A stretch of DNA of 42,333 bases from Actinomycetota bacterium (GCA_009886115.1 VFJJ01000027.1:1-42333); one strand, 5' to 3'. Counted from the first letter of the stretch, positions 9,676 to 19,683 are shown. Notes: generated by a model from the letters alone, not told the origin. Numbers and translations are program-made.

Positions 9676-10181
9676 CGGGGCACCTCCTCGGGGGCGGAGA
9701 CGGACGGGGCGGACACGGACCCAGCAGACGACCTCTGGAGACGGTACCGATCGACCAGCGCCCGATCGGCATCACTGGGTGGAGGAGCAGGTTCGCGCCG
9801 CCACCGGAGGAACGCCAAGCCGAGACCACCCAGAGCGAGCAGTCCGAACACGAGTGGTAGCAGCCAAACGAGGAGCCCGATGCCCGAGCTCTCGGGCAGG
9901 AGCAGGATCTGGGAGTCGTAGCGCACCTTCAACTCCCCGAAGATCTCGCTGTCGGAGCGTCCCTGGGCCACGAGCTCGGCGACGAGCGTGGTGATGGCCC
10001 GCGAGGTCGCCACGTCGGAGTCGGCGACCGACGATCCTTGGCATTCCGGGCATCGCAGCCGGTCGGTGAGGCGCTCGACACGGGCGGCGTCCGACTCGTC
10101 GCCGCCCCGGGTGCCGGCGACGACGAGCGCGCCGAGCACGACCACGATCAGGACGGCCCACGTGAGGCGGGTCCGACTCAC
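9672..10181 (-). CDS. ccmH: Cytochrome c-type biogenesis protein CcmH
   Basis: LRCPECQG motif, N-terminal signal and C-terminal TM. The GTG start overlaps the ccmG stop. Confidence 0.9.
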   Translation of the reverse strand: MSRTRLTWAVLIVVVLGALVVAGTRGGDESDAARVERLTDRLRCPECQGSSVADSDVATSRAITTLVAELVAQGRSDSEIFGELKVRYDSQILLLPESSGIGLLVWLLPLVFGLLALGGLGLAFLRWRREPAPPPSDADRALVDRYRLQRSSAGSVSAPSVSAPEEVPR

Positions 10182-10810
10182 GCACCTGCTCCCGCGTCTG
10201 CGGCTCCGAGCTGACCCCGTCCCGCGGCCAGCATCTGCTCCAGATCGTCGAACGTCACCGGACCACGCTGGACGCCAACCACCACACCGTCGGGGTTGAT
10301 CACGAAGGTCTCGGGCTGGGCGATGGTGCCGAAGTCGACCGAGGCCCGTTCTCCCGGGTCGGTGACGAGCAGCCAGCCCGCGGGATTGTCGGCGAGCCAG
10401 CCCTCGGCAGCGGCCTGCGAGCTCGCCCGCAGGATCCCCACCATGGCGAAGTCGGGATCGTCGACGTGGCGGTTGTGGAACGACACGAGCGAGGGATACT
10501 CCTGGCGGCACGGAATGCACCAGTCGTTCCAGAAGTTCACGATGATCACCCGCCCGGCCATGTCGGACAGGCGCAGCGGCTCGCCGTCGAACGAGACCAG
10601 CTCGACGTCGGGTGCGGGCAGGCCCAGCAGGTTCCCGCCCTCGAACGACGGATCGGTGTCGAGGCCGGTCGCGGCCACGATGGCGAAGCCGGCGAACACG
10701 ACGCCGATCGCGACCGCGGCCCACAGGATGGGCCGCCGCCGCTTGGGAGACGGCCCACGCTCCGGAGCGGCCCCATCGAGGCGTGCGTGCACGTCGGGAG
10801 CGGCACTCAC
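10178..10810 (-). CDS. ccmG: Thiol-disulfide oxidoreductase CcmG/TlpA family
   Basis: N-terminal TM, VNFWNDWCIPC and QPETFVI. The GTG start overlaps the ccmF stop. Confidence 0.88.
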   Translation of the reverse strand: MSAAPDVHARLDGAAPERGPSPKRRRPILWAAVAIGVVFAGFAIVAATGLDTDPSFEGGNLLGLPAPDVELVSFDGEPLRLSDMAGRVIIVNFWNDWCIPCRQEYPSLVSFHNRHVDDPDFAMVGILRASSQAAAEGWLADNPAGWLLVTDPGERASVDFGTIAQPETFVINPDGVVVGVQRGPVTFDDLEQMLAAGRGQLGAADAGAGA

Positions 10811-12867
10811 GACGAGACCTCGACGAGCGAGACGAGATCGTCGGAGGTGGCCTCGTCGCCGACGGACGGATCGCTTTCGCCCGGAGGCGGCGGCGACCGA
10901 CCGGGCCCACCCCGGCGTACGTGCAGCGACGGCAGGAGCGCCACGATCGTGCCCAGGGCCACGATCACCCCGCCGATCCACAGCCAGATCACGAGCGGGT
11001 TGATGAACACCGTGAGCGAGATGCGGTCGTCGGCCCCCGGAGCCGAGGAGAGCTTGAGGTACACATCCTCGACGATCCCGGCGCGCACCGACGGCGTGCC
11101 GATGGCCATGCCGCTCCCGTACGAGCGCACGTTCGGCGCGTACACGCCGAGGCTCTCGCCGTCGCGTTCGATGCGGACGTCGGCCGCGATCTGCACCCGA
11201 CGGGCGTCCTCGGTCTGGTTCAGCTCGAGGTAGGTGAACGTGTAGCCCTCGAACTCGGCCGAGGTCTCGCCGGGCGACAGCCTGAACTGGGCCTCGTGCG
11301 CGTACGACTGCGAGACGGCGAACGCAACGGCGATGATCACGATGCCGCTGTGCACGACGAGGCCGCCGTAGAGGCGGGGGTTGCTCTTGAACGTACGGAC
11401 GAAGGCCCGCCAGCGCCCGCCGCCCTCGGTTCGGCGCCGGGCCCGCACACCAACGTGGACCTGGCGGACGATCGCGCCGAGCGCGAACCCGCCGAGGCCG
11501 AAGGTGGCGACGGTCCCGAATCCGTGGGCCCCCGCCAGCAGCGCCACGACCATGACCGCGGCACCGACCAGGGCGGGGCGCAACAGTCGGTCGGCCAGCA
11601 CGCCCTTGCCCGCGCTGCGCCACGGCAACGCCGGAGCGACAGCCATGAGGAACAACAGGCACAGCCCGATGGGCATGGTCATGCGGTCGAAGTAGGGCTC
11701 GCCCACCGAGAGCTGCTCCCCGTTGAGCGCCTCGGCGATGAGCGGGAAGACCGTCCCCAGCAACACCACGAAGGCGAACGCCGCGAACAGCAGGTTGTTC
11801 ACGAGGAAGGCGCCCTCACGCGACACCGGTGAGTCGATGCGCCCCGGAGAGCGCAGCCGGTCGCCGCGCCAGCCGATGAGCACGAGGACGGCGACCACGA
11901 CGAACGCCAGGAATCCCAGCAGGGCCGGGCCCACGCCCGAGCGGTTGAACGCGTGCACCGAGCCGATGATGCCCGAGCGCGTGAGGAACGTGCCCAGGAT
12001 CGTGAGGCAGAAGGTGGCCACCACGAGCGACAGGTTCCAGACCCGCAGCATGCCGCGGCGTTCTTGGACCATCACCGAGTGCAGGTATGCCGTGGCCGTG
12101 AGCCAGGGCATCAGCGACGCGTTCTCGACCGGGTCCCAGCCCCAGTAGCCGCCCCAGCCGAGGGTCTCGTAGCTCCACCACGAGCCCAGCACGATGCCGG
12201 CGCTGAGGAATCCCCAGGCGACGAGGGTGGCCCTGCGGGTGGCGACGAGCCAGCCCTCACCCAGACGGCCGGTGGCGAGCGCCGAGATGGCGAACGAGAA
12301 CGGGACCGTGAAGCCCACGTAGCCCAGGTACAGCATCGGCGGATGGACCGCCATCAGCACGTGGTTCTGCAGCAACGGGTTCGGCCCCTTACCGTCTCGC
12401 GGAATTGCCCCGACCACCTCCTTGAACGGGTTGGCCGGGCCGACGAGCAGGCAGAAGAAGAACAGGGCCACGGCCATCTGGGTGACGAGCGCCCAGCCCA
12501 CGAGGGGATCGTCGGTGCGATCGCGGAACTTGTGGGCCGAGTACGCCAGGTAGCCGCCGAGGATGAGCACCCACAGGATGATGGAGCCTTCGAGGGCCCC
12601 CCACAGCGAGGCCACGGTGAACAGCGTGGGCGTCGACCGGGCGTGATGGTCGAACACGTACTGGAGGCTGAAGTCGTTGCTGAGCAAGGCCCATTCCATG
12701 ACGGCCGCCGCGGCGACACCGGCGCCGAGGACCATGAACGCCGAGCGCCGGCCGATCCGGACGAGCATCGGGTTGCGTCTGGTGATCCCGACCGACATGG
12801 CGACCACGCCGATGAGCGCCGAGGAGCAGCCGACGAGGACGGCCAGCAATCCGAGCGACGACTTCAC
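10807..12867 (-). CDS. ccmF: Heme lyase CcmF/NrfE subunit
   Basis: NPLLQN, HPP, the WWD domain WSYETLGWGGYWGWDPVEN, SVHAF and multiple TMs. Confidence 0.96.
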   Translation of the reverse strand: MKSSLGLLAVLVGCSSALIGVVAMSVGITRRNPMLVRIGRRSAFMVLGAGVAAAAVMEWALLSNDFSLQYVFDHHARSTPTLFTVASLWGALEGSIILWVLILGGYLAYSAHKFRDRTDDPLVGWALVTQMAVALFFFCLLVGPANPFKEVVGAIPRDGKGPNPLLQNHVLMAVHPPMLYLGYVGFTVPFSFAISALATGRLGEGWLVATRRATLVAWGFLSAGIVLGSWWSYETLGWGGYWGWDPVENASLMPWLTATAYLHSVMVQERRGMLRVWNLSLVVATFCLTILGTFLTRSGIIGSVHAFNRSGVGPALLGFLAFVVVAVLVLIGWRGDRLRSPGRIDSPVSREGAFLVNNLLFAAFAFVVLLGTVFPLIAEALNGEQLSVGEPYFDRMTMPIGLCLLFLMAVAPALPWRSAGKGVLADRLLRPALVGAAVMVVALLAGAHGFGTVATFGLGGFALGAIVRQVHVGVRARRRTEGGGRWRAFVRTFKSNPRLYGGLVVHSGIVIIAVAFAVSQSYAHEAQFRLSPGETSAEFEGYTFTYLELNQTEDARRVQIAADVRIERDGESLGVYAPNVRSYGSGMAIGTPSVRAGIVEDVYLKLSSAPGADDRISLTVFINPLVIWLWIGGVIVALGTIVALLPSLHVRRGGPGRSPPPPGESDPSVGDEATSDDLVSLVEVSS

Positions 12868-12915
12868 GCGTTCACCCGTCCACCCGCGTTCATCGCGTTC
12901 ACCCGTCCACCCGCG
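12867..12915. repeat. 22-bp direct repeat (cgcgttcacccgtccacccgcg) x2, 27-bp period, at the ccmF start
   Basis: Copies at 12867-12888 and 12894-12915. Confidence 0.85.
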
Positions 12916-12949
12916 CCGGTGTGGGAGCCGACCCCGCCCATGCCGTCAC

Positions 12950-13501
12950 TCAGGCGCCAGGGCTCGTGGTCGGCGACGGCTCGTCCACCCCGACGTCGGT
13001 GAGATCGACGGCCGGGGGCACGTAGTCGTCGCCGTAGTCGTTGCCGTGTCGGATCAGGATCGTCTCGGACGCGAACACGTCGCCCTCCCAATGGCCGTCG
13101 CACACGACCGGGGCTCCGTCGGCGAAGAGCTCGGGAGGGTCGCCCTGGTTGTTGACCGTGACCTCCCTGGTGCCGTCGGTGACCCGGAACGAGACGCCCT
13201 CGGAGGTGGAGGTCACGCTGCCCGGCACGACCGCTCCGGCCAAGCGGAAGCGGCTCACGTCGCCGTTCTCCTTGCGCTCCAAGGCCTCGCCCACCGTGCG
13301 GTAGTACACGACGTTGCCCCTGAGGCCCCCGAAGAGCAGGAACCCGATGGCGCCGACGCAGGCCACGGCCGCGACCCAGTAGCGGGCCCGGGGGCGCGAC
13401 GACCGCCCTGCGGGGCCCGATGGCGCGCTTGACGCACCCGGAGGCGGCATCGGCTCGAGCGCGTCGGGCGGGTTCGGGGCGCCGGTCGAGGTCAGGCCCA
13501 T
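12950..13501 (-). CDS. ccmE: Heme chaperone CcmE
   Basis: TM, NVVYY, RLAGAVVPGS, PELFADG and the HxxxY motif (RHGNDY). Confidence 0.93.
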   Translation of the reverse strand: MGLTSTGAPNPPDALEPMPPPGASSAPSGPAGRSSRPRARYWVAAVACVGAIGFLLFGGLRGNVVYYRTVGEALERKENGDVSRFRLAGAVVPGSVTSTSEGVSFRVTDGTREVTVNNQGDPPELFADGAPVVCDGHWEGDVFASETILIRHGNDYGDDYVPPAVDLTDVGVDEPSPTTSPGA

Positions 13502-13629
13502 GGCGGTCGCTCCTCGGGAGGCAGGCTCCGTACGGCCCGGCGCAGGCGTCGCTGCAGGAGCAGCGCGTACACGCCGATCGCTCCCGCGGTGAGGCCCCAG
13601 CCACCGATGACGTACGCGGCGTCGGTCAT
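13492..13629 (-). CDS. ccmD: CcmD-like small membrane protein (45 aa)
   Basis: [32 protein letters not shown]: an aromatic/hydrophobic helix followed by a basic tail. Lies between ccmC and ccmE with overlapping start and stop codons. Confidence 0.75.
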   Translation of the reverse strand: MTDAAYVIGGWGLTAGAIGVYALLLQRRLRRAVRSLPPEERPPWA

Positions 13630-14468
13630 GGCGCGCTCCCTGGTGCTGCGCCGACGGCCACGGACACCGGCTCGGGTGCGGCGACGACGCTCGACGCGGC
13701 CTCGGAGCGGCGTTCGACGATCGCCCGCTCGAGCTGTCGCTCGTCGGCTGCCTCCTCGATCCCGGCCAGGTCGTAGCGACGCAGCACCAGGAACAGATAC
13801 ACGAGCGTGAAGGTCACCACGGCCCACAGGAGGATCCAGGCCATCGTGGCGTCGAGCTGGGCGTCGCGGTCCTCGCCGAAGACCGTCCCCTCCTGGTGCA
13901 GTGTCCGCCACCACGACACCGAGAAGTGCACGATGGGCACGTCGACGACGGCCACGAGCGCGGCGATGGCCGAGCGGCGGGCCCGCACCTGCGGATCGTC
14001 GGGCACCCGACGCAGCGCGAGGTAGCCGAGGTAGAGGAAGAACAAGATGGCCGTGGTGACCAGGCGGGCGTCCCACGTCCACCAGGTGCCCCAGACCGGA
14101 CGTCCCCAGATCGACCCCAGAGCCAGGGTGAGCGCCGTGAACAACACGCCGATCTCGGCCGAGGCGCCGGCCAGACGGTCGTAGTGCAGCGACCGCGTGC
14201 GGGGCCAGAGATAGAGGGCCGAGCACGCGGCAGTGACGCCGAACGCGAGGTATGCGAGCCAGGCGGCGGGAACATGCACGTACATCAGACGCTGGGCGTC
14301 CTTTTGCACGGCGTCGGTCGGGGCCACCGACAAGCCCAGCCAGACCAGCAGGGCCATCGAGACCAGGCACGACCATCCGAGCACGCTCACGAACCGGCGG
14401 CTCGCGAGCAGCCCCGAACGCGCCGACGCGTCGCGGGAGCCCCTGACGGGCGAAACGCTGGTGGTCAC
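13626..14468 (-). CDS. ccmC: Heme exporter / cytochrome c biogenesis protein CcmC
   Basis: [21 protein letters not shown] (WWD domain) and WWRTLHQ. Confidence 0.95.
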   Translation of the reverse strand: MTTSVSPVRGSRDASARSGLLASRRFVSVLGWSCLVSMALLVWLGLSVAPTDAVQKDAQRLMYVHVPAAWLAYLAFGVTAACSALYLWPRTRSLHYDRLAGASAEIGVLFTALTLALGSIWGRPVWGTWWTWDARLVTTAILFFLYLGYLALRRVPDDPQVRARRSAIAALVAVVDVPIVHFSVSWWRTLHQEGTVFGEDRDAQLDATMAWILLWAVVTFTLVYLFLVLRRYDLAGIEEAADERQLERAIVERRSEAASSVVAAPEPVSVAVGAAPGSAP

Positions 14469-14490
14469 CGGGGGCCTCGGGTTCGGTGCG

Positions 14491-15165
14491 TCACGACTCC
14501 TCCAGCAGAGATCCGTAGGCCAAGACCCCGAGCGACCCGTACACCAACCCGAACAGGGCGAGCAGCTGGACCCAGGGCCATCCGTCGGACGGGGTTCCCT
14601 CGAACCCAGCTTCCCACGCCCGGGTGCCTCCGAGCAGAACGGGGGCCAGGACGGGGAGCAGGAGCAGGGGCAACACCGTCTCGCGGGCCCGCAGACCCGA
14701 CGCCAGAGCGGCGAAGAGCGTTCCGGCGGCGGCCAGGCCCACCGTTGCGCACAGCGCGCCCACGATCATCACCGGGCTCGACCGAACCTCGACGTCGTAC
14801 AGGGCGACCACGGCGACGCCCAGGACCAGCTCGAGCCCAACCAGTTGGACGGCCACGGCGGCCGCCTTGCCGAGGAAGATCGACGCGCCGTCGAGCGAGC
14901 TCATCCGCAGCCCGTCGGCCGCGCCGTTCTCGATCTCGACCGCGGCCGAACGGGCGGCGGCCAGGCTCGCCGCCAGGAGGATCGTCACCCAGAACAAACC
15001 CGGAGCGACCCGGGTGAGCGTGGGTCGGTCGGCGTCGAGCGCCATCGCGAACAAGACGATGACGAGCCCGCCGAAAGGCAGCACCTGGTTCGTGGTCACG
15101 CGCGACCGGGCCTCGATACGCAGGTCCTTGCCCGCGATCACCGCCGCCTCTCGCAGCAGCCTCAT
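14491..15165 (-). CDS. ccmB: Heme exporter permease CcmB
   Basis: KDLRIEAR, IFLGK, LPLLLLPVLAPVLL and six TMs. Confidence 0.92.
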   Translation of the reverse strand: MRLLREAAVIAGKDLRIEARSRVTTNQVLPFGGLVIVLFAMALDADRPTLTRVAPGLFWVTILLAASLAAARSAAVEIENGAADGLRMSSLDGASIFLGKAAAVAVQLVGLELVLGVAVVALYDVEVRSSPVMIVGALCATVGLAAAGTLFAALASGLRARETVLPLLLLPVLAPVLLGGTRAWEAGFEGTPSDGWPWVQLLALFGLVYGSLGVLAYGSLLEES

Positions 15166-16073
15166 GGGGACACCTCGTGCGCGTCGCCGGGTGCCATCTC
15201 GGTGTCCACCCCGGCCCGAGCAGCCGAAACACCGGCGACGGGCTCGTCGGCAGCGCTCGAGACCGAACCTGACCCTGAGGTTGAGGTTGTTGGCGAGGCT
15301 GCGGCGGCCGTCGGGAACCGGCCGCCGTGGGCCTCCCCGGCCACGATGCGCACCTCGCGGCCGGCCAGGCCCCGGGCCCGGTCGAGCTCGTGCGACGAGA
15401 ACACCACCGTTCGACCGTCGCTCGCGGCATCGCGTACCAGCGCGTCGAGCACGTCGCGGCCCTCGGGGTCGAGTCCGGCGTGGGGCTCGTCGAGCAGCAG
15501 GAGTCGGGCATCGCGAACCAGGGCCGTCCCGAGCGACAGTCGGCGCTTCTGCCCAGCCGAGAGGCGCCGGTGCTCGAGGTGCGCCTGGCGAGCGAGCCCC
15601 ACACGCTCGACAGCCCGGTCGGCCGCCTCGACCGCGGCGTGCTTGGAGCGTCCGACGGCCCGGGCGGCGAACCGCAGGTTGTCGACTACCGAGAGATCGT
15701 CGTAGCAGAACGTGTCGTGCCCGAGCAGCGCGAGCTGCGTTCTCACCGATCGCCGGTCGACCGCCAGGTCGTGGCCCAGCACGTTGGCCTCCCCCGACGT
15801 GAGGGCCAGCAGCCCCGACAGGAGACGCAACAACGAAGTCTTGCCGGCACCATTGGGTCCCGAGAGCAGGACGATCTCGCCTTCGACCACGTCGAGATCG
15901 ACCCCGGCGAGCACCGGATAGCGACCGACGAGGCAGACAGCGCTACGAAGACGGACAGCCAAACTGGGCAGAGCATCCTCCCGAACGACCTTCCCGTCAG
16001 CTTCCCATGACCGTCGCCACCGCTCCGAAACGCCCGTCGTGAGGGTGTGGTCGGAGGGGCACTCGTGGCTCAC
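15162..16073 (-). CDS. ccmA: Heme ABC exporter ATP-binding protein CcmA (true start probably ~15960-15990)
   Basis: Walker A GPNGAGKT, signature LSAGQ and Walker B LLLLDEP. First gene of the ccm operon. Confidence 0.88.
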   Translation of the reverse strand: MSHECPSDHTLTTGVSERWRRSWEADGKVVREDALPSLAVRLRSAVCLVGRYPVLAGVDLDVVEGEIVLLSGPNGAGKTSLLRLLSGLLALTSGEANVLGHDLAVDRRSVRTQLALLGHDTFCYDDLSVVDNLRFAARAVGRSKHAAVEAADRAVERVGLARQAHLEHRRLSAGQKRRLSLGTALVRDARLLLLDEPHAGLDPEGRDVLDALVRDAASDGRTVVFSSHELDRARGLAGREVRIVAGEAHGGRFPTAAAASPTTSTSGSGSVSSAADEPVAGVSAARAGVDTEMAPGDAHEVSP

Positions 16074-16106
16074 TACGATGCTGCGGCGCCCACCACAGGA
16101 GAGCCC

Positions 16107-17456
16107 ATGCCGGATCGGCCCGACGACCCCGAACGGGGCCCGGCTGCCACGAACCCGATCGAAGCCGAAGCCGAAGCCGAAGCCGGCGACTCATCGGTCC
16201 TCGACGGCCCCGACCAGCCGGATGAAGCTTCGACACGGGGCGATCCTGACGACCTGCTCGGTGACAGCAGGGCGGCCCGACGCAGCCGCCAGCGGGCTCG
16301 GCGGCGCGCCCGGCGCGGCGATCGCGTGGCGCGTGTCCTCGGCGGTGTCGGACGCACGCTCATCACGTCGGGGCTGCTGATCCTGCTGTTCGTCGCGTAC
16401 CAGCTCTGGGGGACGGGCCTGTACACCGCCCAGCAGCAGGAAGATCTCAAGAACGACTTCCGCCAGGCCCTCGCGGCCGTCTCGGCCGACACGACGGTCG
16501 CCGCCACAACCACCACACGTGCACCCGTCTCGACCACGTCGGCGCCCCGCACGACCGGAACCACCCGGACCGGCCCGACGGCCACCACCGAGCCCGAGAC
16601 GACGAGCTCGACCCTGCCCCCCGCTCCGCCGACGGCCGAGCGCGGCGAGCCGACAGCCCTGATGCGCATCGAGAGGCTCGATCTCGAAGTCGTCGTCGTC
16701 GAGGGCGTCGGGCGAGACGATCTGAAGAAGGGGCCCGGCCACTATCCCGAGACACCGCTGCCGGGCCAGTACGGCAACGCAGCCATCGCCGGGCATCGCA
16801 CCACCAACGGCTCGCCATTCGGCCGGCTCGACGAGCTCGAGATCGGCGACGAGATCGTGGTCGAGACCCTGGCGGGCGAGTTCACCTACCGGGTCACGAC
16901 CGAGATCGTCGTGGATCCCTCCGAGGTGGGCGTGTTGGCCCCCCCACCCGATCCCCGGGCCGCCATCTTGACTCTCACCACGTGCCACCCCCGGTTCTCG
17001 GCCAGGCAGCGTCTGGTCATCCAGGCGGTGCTCGTCGCCGACGCGAGCCCGCCGCCGTCGGTGTTCAGCCCCACGACCGCGACCACCCCGACCGACGAGA
17101 TCCCGGGCGACGATCCTTCCGACACTCAAGGCTCGCCCGACGCCACCACGGCAACGGGCGACGACACCCCGCCGGACGACGGGTCGCCCGGGTCGCTCGG
17201 GTCAGGACCGTCGGCAGGCGTCGAGGCCGGCGCCGAGGCTCCGGCCATCGACGACGGGGAGCTCTTCGAGTTCCAGGCTCCGGGCGGGGCCTTCTACGTC
17301 CGGCTGGGCCTCGCGGCCTTGGTGGGTCTCGGCTGGTGGATCGCGTTCCGCCGCTGGACCCGCTGGTTCGTCTGGCTCGGGGGGGTCGCACCATTCCTCG
17401 TGGTGTTGTTCCTGTTCTACGTGCAGCTCGAGAAGGTCCTCCCCGCGGGCTACTGA
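16107..17456 (+). CDS. Class E sortase with C-terminal membrane extension
   Basis: N-terminal TM followed by YQLWGT, GPGHYP, AGHRTT and LTLTTCHPRFSARQR (His/Cys/Arg triad). AGGAG RBS before ATG 16107 and TACGAT at 16074-16079. Confidence 0.92.
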   Translation: MPDRPDDPERGPAATNPIEAEAEAEAGDSSVLDGPDQPDEASTRGDPDDLLGDSRAARRSRQRARRRARRGDRVARVLGGVGRTLITSGLLILLFVAYQLWGTGLYTAQQQEDLKNDFRQALAAVSADTTVAATTTTRAPVSTTSAPRTTGTTRTGPTATTEPETTSSTLPPAPPTAERGEPTALMRIERLDLEVVVVEGVGRDDLKKGPGHYPETPLPGQYGNAAIAGHRTTNGSPFGRLDELEIGDEIVVETLAGEFTYRVTTEIVVDPSEVGVLAPPPDPRAAILTLTTCHPRFSARQRLVIQAVLVADASPPPSVFSPTTATTPTDEIPGDDPSDTQGSPDATTATGDDTPPDDGSPGSLGSGPSAGVEAGAEAPAIDDGELFEFQAPGGAFYVRLGLAALVGLGWWIAFRRWTRWFVWLGGVAPFLVVLFLFYVQLEKVLPAGY

Positions 17457-17541
17457 GCGACCACGCCGTCGCCAGCGAGAAACACGTGGCGGCCGCGGCA
17501 CCGGGAGGGGTTTCGGGCGGGGCTCCTCGGAGCCGCAGCGG

Positions 17542-18741
17542 TCAGTCCGACAGGCCCAGCTCGGCGAGCAGGACGGCGCGGTGGGCGTCGAGCACGGGCA
17601 CCGGGCCGCGGATCGCCGGATCGGGGAATCCCGAGATCTTGATGGGGTTCCCGGCGAGGCGGAGACGGGCGCCCGGACCCGACCCGTCCTCCCCGGCGAT
17701 GTCGACCACCATCGTGCGGGCGAGCACCTGCGGGTCGGCGAGCACCCGGGCCACGTCGTTGATCGGTCCGCAGGGCACACCGGCGCCGGCCAGGGCGGCG
17801 AGCCACTCGTCGGTCGAGCGGGTCACGAAGGCCGCCTCAAGCTCGATCTGGAGCACATCGACGTGCGCCGATCGCGCGTCGTTGGTCACGAAGCGGGCGT
17901 CGGTCGCGAGCTCGGGCCGACCGACCACGGCGCACATCGCGGCGAAGAGCGCGTCGTTGCCAGCCGCCGCGATGAGGTACCCGTCGGCCGTCGTCATCGC
18001 CCCGAACGGTGCGATCGACGGATGGCGCGCCCCGAGCGGTCCGGGCGAGTGCCCGGTCGAGCAGTAGCGGGCGATCGCGTTCTCGAGGATCGCCACCTGG
18101 CAATCGAGCATCCCCACATCGACGAAGCGTCCCGTCCCCGTCGTGGCCCGGTCGTAGAGCGCGGCGTTCACCCCGATCGCAGTGAACAGGCCAGCCGTGA
18201 TGTCGCCGATCGAGGTGCCCACCCGGGTCGGCGGTCCGCCCGGCCATCCGGTGATGCTCATCACGCCGCCCATGCCCTGCACGACCATGTCGTACGCGGG
18301 CCGGTCGGCATAGGGACCGGTGTGCCCGAAGCCCGAGACCGCTGCATAGATCAGACGGGGCCAGCGCTCGTGCACGCTCGACCATCCGTACCCCAGGCGT
18401 TCCATGGCGCCGGGACGGAAGTTCTCGATGAGCACGTCGGCCCGCTCGAGCAAGGCGTCGAGCACTCGGCGGTCGTCAGCCGATCGCAGGTCGAGAGCGA
18501 TCGACTCCTTGGCCCGGTTGACCGAGGCGAAGTACGCCGAGCGGCCGTCGATGAACGGCCCGATGGCCCGACTGTCGTCGCCCCCCTCGGGATGCTCGAC
18601 CTTGACGATCCGGGCCCCGAGGTCGGACAGCACCATCGTGCAGAACGGCCCGGCGAGCACCCTGGTGAGGTCGACGACGAGCACGCCGTTGAGGGGCCCG
18701 GCCGGCGGGACGGGCACCGGGACGACCGGGACGCCGTCCAT
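17542..18741 (-). CDS. CaiB/BaiF family (class III) CoA-transferase
   Basis: DLTRVLAGP, KVEHPEGGDDSR, ENFRPG, SGFG and YDMVVQG. Confidence 0.95.
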   Translation of the reverse strand: MDGVPVVPVPVPPAGPLNGVLVVDLTRVLAGPFCTMVLSDLGARIVKVEHPEGGDDSRAIGPFIDGRSAYFASVNRAKESIALDLRSADDRRVLDALLERADVLIENFRPGAMERLGYGWSSVHERWPRLIYAAVSGFGHTGPYADRPAYDMVVQGMGGVMSITGWPGGPPTRVGTSIGDITAGLFTAIGVNAALYDRATTGTGRFVDVGMLDCQVAILENAIARYCSTGHSPGPLGARHPSIAPFGAMTTADGYLIAAAGNDALFAAMCAVVGRPELATDARFVTNDARSAHVDVLQIELEAAFVTRSTDEWLAALAGAGVPCGPINDVARVLADPQVLARTMVVDIAGEDGSGPGARLRLAGNPIKISGFPDPAIRGPVPVLDAHRAVLLAELGLSD

Positions 18742-18742
18742 C

Positions 18743-18961
18743 TCAGTCGGGATCGATCACGACGAGGACCTGGAGCTCTCGCACCGACTCGTCGGGGACC
18801 ACCCGCACCTCGGCCACCCGCCCGGCCACCGGAGCCTCGACGGGGATCTCCATCTTCATCGACTCCAGGATGACCAGCTCCTCACCCGCTTCGACGTGCT
18901 GGTCGACGACGACCAGCACCTGCCAGACGTTGGCGGTCATCTCTGCCCGAATCTCGATCAC
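18743..18961 (-). CDS. Stand-alone biotinyl/lipoyl carrier protein
   Basis: LESMKMEIPV biotin-attachment motif in a 72-aa protein. Confidence 0.9.
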   Translation of the reverse strand: MIEIRAEMTANVWQVLVVVDQHVEAGEELVILESMKMEIPVEAPVAGRVAEVRVVPDESVRELQVLVVIDPD

Positions 18962-19074
18962 CTGGCCCCCTCGGCGTCATTCGCCGCCCGACGCTACGGG
19001 GCGGAGGGTCCCGGGGGCCACGCCGGGACGGGTGGTCCACCGGTGCGACCGGCCCTGCGGGTACCGTCGAGCTC

Positions 19075-19683
19075 GTGATCCTGGTACCCGTGGGACTGGC
19101 GGCGGGCCTGTTCGCCGTCGTTCTGACCGGCGGGCGGCTGCGACGCGTCCTCGATCTCCACCTCCGGGCCTGGCCGCTGGTGGTTGCCAGCGCCGTGCTC
19201 CTGGCCATCCTCCGTCGCAGCTCCCCGCCAGGCGCCCCGGTGCTCTTGGTGCTGGCGCTCGCCATGTCGTTGACGTTCGTCGTGGCGAACCTCCGCTTCC
19301 GGTGCATGCCCGTGGTGTTCACCGGGCTGGCCATGAACGCCCTGTGCGTGGTCGTCAACCAGGGGATGCCCGTCCGGCTGCCGTCCGACGCCACGACCGC
19401 CGACTTCGCCGCCTACGCCGATTCGTCGAGCCACCACGTCGAGCGGGACGACGATCGTTTGACCCGCCTGGGCGATGTGCTGTTGATCCCGTGGCCCGAG
19501 CGCGTTCCCGTCTCCTACGGCGACCTCGTGCTGGTCGCCGGACTGATCGGGGTGCTCTTCCGTGTCGGCCGACCCCCCGGGCGCCACGCCGGTGCCCCCT
19601 ACCAACGACCCACCGGCGGCCACCGGGCGCGACCGCTCGATCGGCGCCCGACGCGTCGCGTGGCCGGCTCGTCGACGGCCTGA
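19075..19683 (+). CDS. DUF5317-family membrane protein
   Basis: GGRL...GLAMNALCVVVNQGMPV...LGDVL...VSYGDL. A TACCGT -10 lies 7 nt upstream (leaderless). Confidence 0.8.
   Translation: MILVPVGLAAGLFAVVLTGGRLRRVLDLHLRAWPLVVASAVLLAILRRSSPPGAPVLLVLALAMSLTFVVANLRFRCMPVVFTGLAMNALCVVVNQGMPVRLPSDATTADFAAYADSSSHHVERDDDRLTRLGDVLLIPWPERVPVSYGDLVLVAGLIGVLFRVGRPPGRHAGAPYQRPTGGHRARPLDRRPTRRVAGSSTA

Noticed and set aside
9672..11662. ORF-track versions of ccmH (to 10910) and ccmG (to 11662) as large fusion proteins
   Set aside because: The upstream parts are off-frame overlaps with ccmG and ccmF. Coupled GTG starts at 10181 and 10810 explain the genes.
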